Shown here: piece by piece, positions 24,476 to 30,410 of the stretch | How the letters are laid out: each line of letters begins with the position of its first letter | Position numbering within the stretch: the first letter of the stretch is position 1 | Source of the DNA: a virus | Taxonomy: Duplodnaviria > Caudoviricetes | Direction: 5' to 3' (one strand) | IMG/VR virus record: IMGVR_UViG_3300023116_000213 | Span: 1 to 30,410 of that record | DNA length: 30,410 nt | The notes under the pieces: model-generated | Told to the model about the DNA's origin: nothing | The model's input: only the letters and a program-made list of their open reading frames with translations | Database searches by the model: none | Translations under genes and position numbers: made by a program

Positions 24476-26205
24476 TAGTATCCTAATAACCTTTCAAGTT
24501 CTTCGTCTCTTTCGATATTAAATTGTTTTAAATACCTGTTATAAAAAAGTTCTTTTTGTTTTTGGTTAAAGTCGCCTAAACTTGTTACTACTTCTCGACC
24601 ACTTTCGTCTTTCATAATAACACTATTGACTGGAGGATTATCACTCAATACTAACTCTAAGAAAGCCCTATTAAATGCTTGGTCATTACCTCTTGAAAGA
24701 CCTTGTGTAACTTTATCAATTTCACCTTCTAGTTCTAAAATTCTTGCTTTATCAGAGTCACTATATATCTCCTTAGAGATTAATCCTCTGTATTCTTGAA
24801 CTAAACTATCTCTTTGATTGTCTAACATATCATAAACAACTTCTTCAAGTCTTGGAGCCTTAGCCTTAGTTTTAACTTGTTCTTCTGCTTTAATATATTC
24901 TAGTATTGGATTTTTCTTATTAAATTCTTCTCTTACAGCAGCACCCATCTTTTGCAATCCTTCAGGAGTTTGAATTGGATAGTAAGCATAGCCTCCTCCG
25001 GTAACACCAAAATCAACAAATCTTCCTGATTTAGCTAAAAGTCTTAATGATTCTGCATCTAACTCTTCTCGTGTATATCTAGGATAATCTAAATCCGGTC
25101 TTGTTTTTTTCAATTCTGCTGCTCTTACTTCTTGTACGTACATTAAATAATCTGTCATGGTTGCGACATCTTTAGCAATTGCTACTTCAGGACGTACATT
25201 TTCTCGAACAGTATCATCTAAATTTCTAATATCTATTGCACCTGTTAAAATAGTTCCTTGTCCAAATCTATCTTTTGCTAATACCTTAGATTTTTTAGAT
25301 TCGTTACCATCTGGATTAAATACGTCTACTACTAGCTCTTCATAACCACCATTAGCCAATCTACTAGATATCATTACAGACTCACTATTAATTTTGTCGG
25401 CATCTGGGTCCCATCCAGTTTTTCTAAAATATTTATCTATGTTTTGGTCATCGACAATATTTTCATATGCAGCATCTTGATATTGCGAAGCGGTTGAGGA
25501 TTGAGCATAATCAATTAACTTATCTCTATTTTTTCTTCTTTTTTCTAGGTCATTAGCAGCTGTATTTAATTCAGATATTTCTGCGGCACCATAACCAAAA
25601 ATTTTATTTAAAGCCTTTTTAAAGAAACTTTTCTTTGTAGGGTCATCATCTAATACTCTTAGTTTTGCTTCAAACTCTTTAAGTAATGGTTCATTAAATT
25701 CTTCAAATGTTTTAGAAGTTGCTAATGGGTCATTTTTTAATTTTTGCAATCTTTCTATTTCAGCATCTTTAATTTGTTGTAACACTGCATTAATTTCTTT
25801 TTGTAATTCAGGGTCACCATAATCGCCTCTGTTATCAAAACTTAATCCGGGTCTATTCATAACAAAGTTTGACTTATTAAACATAGATTTAGCATAATCG
25901 TTTAGATAAGCTTCTTGGTCTAATCCACCTTTATTGTATTGTTCAAGAGCAAGTCTGTCTTCTTCTCTTTTATCATATAAACCTTTATTGTGTTTTTTTA
26001 ATTGCTCAAATTCTGCAACAACTTCGTTTCTATTTTCTAACCAATTTTGCTCTTGATTGGCTTTTAAGTTACCAAAGAAATTTAAAGCTACAGAAGCTTT
26101 TAAAGCATCTTGAAAACCTCTTCTATCTTGTTTTCTTTTTCGAGCCAATAATGCTCCGGCTATTTCACCGTATTGTCCACCACCTAAAATATCTTTCAAA
26201 TCCAT
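24475..26205 (-). CDS. Putative internal virion protein
   Basis: Helical, charged 576-aa ORF in the ejection-protein cluster. Confidence 0.55.
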   Translation of the reverse strand: MDLKDILGGGQYGEIAGALLARKRKQDRRGFQDALKASVALNFFGNLKANQEQNWLENRNEVVAEFEQLKKHNKGLYDKREEDRLALEQYNKGGLDQEAYLNDYAKSMFNKSNFVMNRPGLSFDNRGDYGDPELQKEINAVLQQIKDAEIERLQKLKNDPLATSKTFEEFNEPLLKEFEAKLRVLDDDPTKKSFFKKALNKIFGYGAAEISELNTAANDLEKRRKNRDKLIDYAQSSTASQYQDAAYENIVDDQNIDKYFRKTGWDPDADKINSESVMISSRLANGGYEELVVDVFNPDGNESKKSKVLAKDRFGQGTILTGAIDIRNLDDTVRENVRPEVAIAKDVATMTDYLMYVQEVRAAELKKTRPDLDYPRYTREELDAESLRLLAKSGRFVDFGVTGGGYAYYPIQTPEGLQKMGAAVREEFNKKNPILEYIKAEEQVKTKAKAPRLEEVVYDMLDNQRDSLVQEYRGLISKEIYSDSDKARILELEGEIDKVTQGLSRGNDQAFNRAFLELVLSDNPPVNSVIMKDESGREVVTSLGDFNQKQKELFYNRYLKQFNIERDEELERLLGY

Positions 26206-26924
26206 TATTTGTCTCCTCTATCTAACAAGCTTTTTTCTTCTGGTTCTCTAGCTGCAAGTAAGCTTGGAATATCTTCGTTAGCAATTTGTTCTCTAATATC
26301 ATTAGGAATAGCACCTTCTTGGATATTACTCATAGCTCCAGATTTAATTTGTTCAAAAATAGTCTCAGCTTCTTTTAGCTTTTCTGCAATTTCTTCTGAA
26401 TCTTCTTCATCAATATCATCGCCATCAATGTTATAAGCAATGTTAGCTTCTTCACCAATTGCCATAATGACATACATAATTGGCTCAACTAATAACAATA
26501 AAGAATTAGGGCTTATTTTACCTTCAACAAATTTAGCATAAGCAATAGAGATAGCTAAGTCACCGACACTTGCTCCTTCTGATAAAGCATCTACCATTGT
26601 TCTTACTGCTTCTGGTTGTAAAAGCTGATTAGTAATATGAGCCAGAGCATCCCTAGGGTTAGCAAATTCTGCTGGTGTTTCCCAAGGATATGGAGTATCA
26701 GGGCTATTAGTTAAAGATTGTCCCGGGATAGGACTACCTTGAGATTTTAACTCTACTAGTTCATCTAAACCTTCTGAAACATTTTTTCTACGTGCCTTAA
26801 ATTTAGGAGAATCTTCAATATCATTTAAATCAATACCAGAATCCATTGCATCGTTAATAACTAAATTAACTGCTTCTGTTAAATCTCGTGAGAGAACGGG
26901 TTTTAAATCTCTTTGTTGTGCCAT
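26205..26924 (-). CDS. Conserved phage structural-region protein (PIPGQSLT...YPWE motif)
   Basis: Motif familiar from marine phage virion clusters; function unknown. Confidence 0.6.
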   Translation of the reverse strand: MAQQRDLKPVLSRDLTEAVNLVINDAMDSGIDLNDIEDSPKFKARRKNVSEGLDELVELKSQGSPIPGQSLTNSPDTPYPWETPAEFANPRDALAHITNQLLQPEAVRTMVDALSEGASVGDLAISIAYAKFVEGKISPNSLLLLVEPIMYVIMAIGEEANIAYNIDGDDIDEEDSEEIAEKLKEAETIFEQIKSGAMSNIQEGAIPNDIREQIANEDIPSLLAAREPEEKSLLDRGDK

Positions 26925-26928
26925 AATT

Positions 26929-27846
26929 TTATCCTGTAATTGTTACGGTTGGTTGCCTATATAAATCTCCTACATTAGCCATACCTAAATCACCTGTACC
27001 ATAAGTCATATTTCTATATGCATCTCTGATATCAATTCCTAAATTTTGATAGTTAGCCTCAACATCATTGTATCTGTTGAGTGCTTGTTCTTCTGGGCTA
27101 CCTGAGCCATATTGTCCTTGTGGGTCAGGCTCTCCCATTACTTTAGAAGCTAAGTATCCTCCAGCAACAGATGTTACTGCGGAGCCTACTGCCGAACCTA
27201 TTGCACTTCCAACAGTACCTACTGCACGTCCAGTCATTTGAGCTGCTGCTTCACCAAACCCACTTAACGGTGCTGTTGCACCTGCTGGACCTGCAAAAGT
27301 AGCGGCTTGGGCTGTAGTACCTTTTAATATCTCTGAAGTTCCAAGTTTAGCTATTTCTTCAGAGCTTAATGTAGCTACATTACCTAACTGTGATACTTGT
27401 GTACCTTGAATATACGCATTGGCTTGGGATATTTTTTCAGCTGAACTTAAACCCTGTATTGCCGTAGCATCCATTCCCGCTGCTTGTAAAGTTTTAGCAG
27501 CAACGTCTGCTTCTTTAATAAATCCTAAATTAGCACCTGCGGTATATAAAGCTTCACCGGCAAAAGCACCTGCTTTCGAAAACGGAACAGTAAGTTTACC
27601 TACAACTGGTAATGAACTTATCCAGTTACCTGCTCCAATAATTCCCTGTACTATTGGGTTGGTACCAGCAGCAAGTCCGGGGAAAGCACTTAAGGCGGCA
27701 CCTCCTGTTACCAAAGCAGCACCTACAATTGCTATAGTTTTAAGGAGTTTACTTTTCGTAATTTTCTTTACGACTTTCTTTACACCACTAACGAGTTTCT
27801 TAACTCCTTTTTTAACTTTCTTTACTACTTTCTTTAAAAATCCCAT
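26929..27846 (-). CDS. Putative DNA-ejection/pilot protein with a Lys-rich amphipathic N-terminus
   Basis: MGFLKKVVKKVKKGVKK..., Gly/Ala-rich hydrophobic helices; AGGAGA RBS. Confidence 0.6.
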   Translation of the reverse strand: MGFLKKVVKKVKKGVKKLVSGVKKVVKKITKSKLLKTIAIVGAALVTGGAALSAFPGLAAGTNPIVQGIIGAGNWISSLPVVGKLTVPFSKAGAFAGEALYTAGANLGFIKEADVAAKTLQAAGMDATAIQGLSSAEKISQANAYIQGTQVSQLGNVATLSSEEIAKLGTSEILKGTTAQAATFAGPAGATAPLSGFGEAAAQMTGRAVGTVGSAIGSAVGSAVTSVAGGYLASKVMGEPDPQGQYGSGSPEEQALNRYNDVEANYQNLGIDIRDAYRNMTYGTGDLGMANVGDLYRQPTVTITG

Positions 27847-27854
27847 TTTTTCTC

Positions 27855-30410
27855 CTATCCAGTTATATCTTTAGTTATTAATGCAATTAAGTTTTCAATG
27901 CCCTTAGTACTACTACCATATCTACTTGGGTCAGAAGCTAGAGCAGTATTTACTAAAGTTGCTATTCTATTCTTTTCATTTTCAGTTGCTCGGAATGTAT
28001 AGTCTGCATTATCTCTTAATTCCTGCCACATAAATGCCATTGCAGTTTGTGACATGTTAAATGCATTCTGAGCATTCTGCATATTAATAGCATTCTGTGC
28101 TGCGGTATCCGCTGTATTAACCTGTCTTTGCCACTGAACGTTAGAAGCTTTAACAGCTGCTTCGTTCTGAGCATTCCATTGATTTCTTGCAAAATCTTGG
28201 TTGGCATTGAATTGGTCAATCTGTGTTGATAGCTGAGCATTAAATTTATTTAAGTCAGCTTCTCTTTGTGCATCACGAGCTGCGGCTGCGTTATTTTGAC
28301 TTGCATTAAATTGCTTCATAGCATTATTTTGCTGAGCATTAAACTGATTAATGTTATTAGCTAAAGATGCCATAAATTGATTTGTTTGCTGTTCATTAGC
28401 AGCACCAAATTGTCGAGCAGCATTTTGAGCAGCTTGGTCAGATAATAAAATCTGTTGAGCTTGTTGAGACTTAAGCATGTTAGCTTGTTGCTGATTGCTT
28501 AAGTTAGCTAAATCCATCTGTAAGAAGTTTCTAGCATTCTCAACTTTTAACTTAGTTAGGGCATCAAGATTTGCCATATCTAACGAAGCCAGTGCTGTCG
28601 CATTCTGCATAGCAGCTTGTTGCTCATTATTTAAATTTGTTAATGTAGCAGTTTGTAAGAACTTACTATTAGCTAAAGCTGTTTGTTGCTCGGCATTAAA
28701 GTTTGCCATGTCCATATTGAAGTTCAACTGAGCATTGGTCATAGCTTTATTTTGCTCAAAGCTTAATTCAGCAAGACCCATTTGTTGAGCTAACTGAGCA
28801 TTAACCTCAGATATCTTCATTTTCTTATTTAGGTTAGCAAGTTCAGCTTGATTGGCTGCAGTCATGCTTTCACTATCAGCTTGGTTCTTAGCTGTTAAAT
28901 TAGCAAGTGCTATTTTTTCTTCAGCACTTAATTTAGCAAACTCAGCTCTTTGTCTTAACTCAGCATTTTGTGATAACACATTAGCTGCTGTGGTAAGCTC
29001 TTGTAATCTAAATTGATTAGCTGCTGTAAAGTTTGCTGAATCTGCGGCTGCCTTTTCTTGTAGGTTAGCCAACTCCATTTGATTTTGAGCTGACATATTA
29101 GCTAGGTCCATTTGCTGAGCTAATGAAGCATTGGTCTTTTTAAAGTCTACAAGAACATTTAAGTTAGCCAATCTTGTTTGTTGCTCTGCGGACATGTTAG
29201 CCCTATTGGTAGCATTCAACTCTGATAAGTTAGCTAATTCAACTTTTAAAGCAGCATCTAAGTTAGCTTCTTCCATTCGCTGATTAAGTTCAGCTTGTCT
29301 GTCTTGTCTAGCAACGGTAGCTTGATATTCAGTTAATCTTGCTTGTTGCTCAGCACTTAGGTTTTCTCTCCCGGCAGCATTGAGTTGTTCAAGATTTGCT
29401 ATATCCATTCTCGAACCAGCATCTAAATTAGCTATAACAGTTTGTTGTCTTTGTGCAGACTCTTGCATAGCTCTTTGCTGTTCGTTCTGTAAGTTTTGTA
29501 ACCTAACTTGTTGCTCCTGCTGAGCAGTGGTCATAATAGCTTGTTGTTCAAACTCAGCCTGTCTAATCTTAACTTGCTGAGCCATTTGTGCGGTCTGCGA
29601 AGCTGCTGTTTGTCTATTAGCCAAGTTAGCCATTCTTTGTTGCATGACTTGACTTGCTTGTTGTAAGTTAGCCTGTTGCTCATTACTTAAATTTTGAGTA
29701 GCTCTAGCTTGAAGGGCTTGAGCATTTGATTGAGCTATAGGTAATGCACTTTGAATAATTGCATTAAATAAAGCATCTCTACCTACTGTAGAAGCTCTTA
29801 AACCTCTTCGTGCCATCATAGAATTTACAGCATCAACTGCTGGTCTAGCCCATGTAGGTATTTGGTCTTCTTCAATACCTGCAAGTAAGCCTTCCATTTG
29901 TGTTGACACTAAAGCTTCTTCTGGTAAAGCTGCAACAGCTGCTTGAACATTAACAGGTTGATTATCTAATTGTGCTTCAACGGTTGCTGGGTCTTCTATA
30001 ATAGCTTCAGTAACTTCTGGTGGCATTTCACCAACAACTGCCAACATATCAGCCGCAGCTGCTTGTCTAGCTGTACCAGTCACTGCTTGTCTTGAAGCAG
30101 CTTCTAATGTTGGTACACCACCTATCTGAGAAGCAGTACCTTTAGCAATACCGTCTGAAGTAATGGCTTCCCTTTGGGCTGCATCAGCACTTGGAGCATC
30201 ACCAAGCTCTTGGGCTATTCTAGTATTAGCTTCACCTACTTGTGCAGTTCTTTGAGCCGCTACTTCAAACTGAGGAATATCTTCTAAGTTAACTCCCTCA
30301 CCTGTAACGTTTTGTAATATATCTGTCTTTTGTTTATCACTAATAATTTGAGCTTGTCTACCTCTTAGTTCAACATCAGCAACTGGAGCCATTCTTTCTG
30401 CGGCTACTTT
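27855..30410 (-). CDS. Long Gln/Ala/Asn-rich coiled-coil virion protein (5' end outside the window)
   Basis: Frame stays open to the window edge (KVAAERMAP...); ANL/ANM repeats with 11-residue spacing. Confidence 0.75.
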   Translation of the reverse strand, partial: KVAAERMAPVADVELRGRQAQIISDKQKTDILQNVTGEGVNLEDIPQFEVAAQRTAQVGEANTRIAQELGDAPSADAAQREAITSDGIAKGTASQIGGVPTLEAASRQAVTGTARQAAAADMLAVVGEMPPEVTEAIIEDPATVEAQLDNQPVNVQAAVAALPEEALVSTQMEGLLAGIEEDQIPTWARPAVDAVNSMMARRGLRASTVGRDALFNAIIQSALPIAQSNAQALQARATQNLSNEQQANLQQASQVMQQRMANLANRQTAASQTAQMAQQVKIRQAEFEQQAIMTTAQQEQQVRLQNLQNEQQRAMQESAQRQQTVIANLDAGSRMDIANLEQLNAAGRENLSAEQQARLTEYQATVARQDRQAELNQRMEEANLDAALKVELANLSELNATNRANMSAEQQTRLANLNVLVDFKKTNASLAQQMDLANMSAQNQMELANLQEKAAADSANFTAANQFRLQELTTAANVLSQNAELRQRAEFAKLSAEEKIALANLTAKNQADSESMTAANQAELANLNKKMKISEVNAQLAQQMGLAELSFEQNKAMTNAQLNFNMDMANFNAEQQTALANSKFLQTATLTNLNNEQQAAMQNATALASLDMANLDALTKLKVENARNFLQMDLANLSNQQQANMLKSQQAQQILLSDQAAQNAARQFGAANEQQTNQFMASLANNINQFNAQQNNAMKQFNASQNNAAAARDAQREADLNKFNAQLSTQIDQFNANQDFARNQWNAQNEAAVKASNVQWQRQVNTADTAAQNAINMQNAQNAFNMSQTAMAFMWQELRDNADYTFRATENEKNRIATLVNTALASDPSRYGSSTKGIENLIALITKDITG

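Overview
A 30.4 kb, AT-rich fragment of a tailed dsDNA phage (Caudoviricetes) that is probably lytic, podovirus-like and marine, with a likely proteobacterial host. The left arm (+ strand, 1-16.7 kb) has three sigma70-type early promoters and about 20 small early ORFs, including Gp88-like, WYL-like and DenV-like proteins. It continues with a T7-like replication module: SSB, primase-helicase, family A DNA polymerase, two PD-(D/E)XK nucleases, a DUF3310-like protein and class I RNR (nrdA/nrdB). No phage RNA polymerase is seen in the window. The right arm (- strand, 16.9-30.4 kb) converges on it and encodes putative virion/ejection proteins, a lysis cassette and Hsp20. The virion set includes a 1683-aa polyvalent protein with ART-like and ParB-like domains, a LysM protein and an 11-residue-periodicity coiled-coil protein truncated at the window edge. 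The most unusual signal is a dense layer of putative RNA-based regulation. (i) Non-coding segments at 5-65 and 3253-3274 are complementary to the leaders/RBS of the first genes behind the early promoters. (ii) A ~330-nt multi-stem RNA lies upstream of gp88. (iii) A four-way-junction RNA lies at 4914-5018. (iv) An H-type pseudoknot leader sits on the SSB gene. (v) A ROSE-like thermometer sits on hsp20. Separately, an exact 19-bp direct repeat brackets the effector domains of the giant virion protein. All family calls are from motif recognition by eye and all RNA structures were paired by hand; no searches were run.
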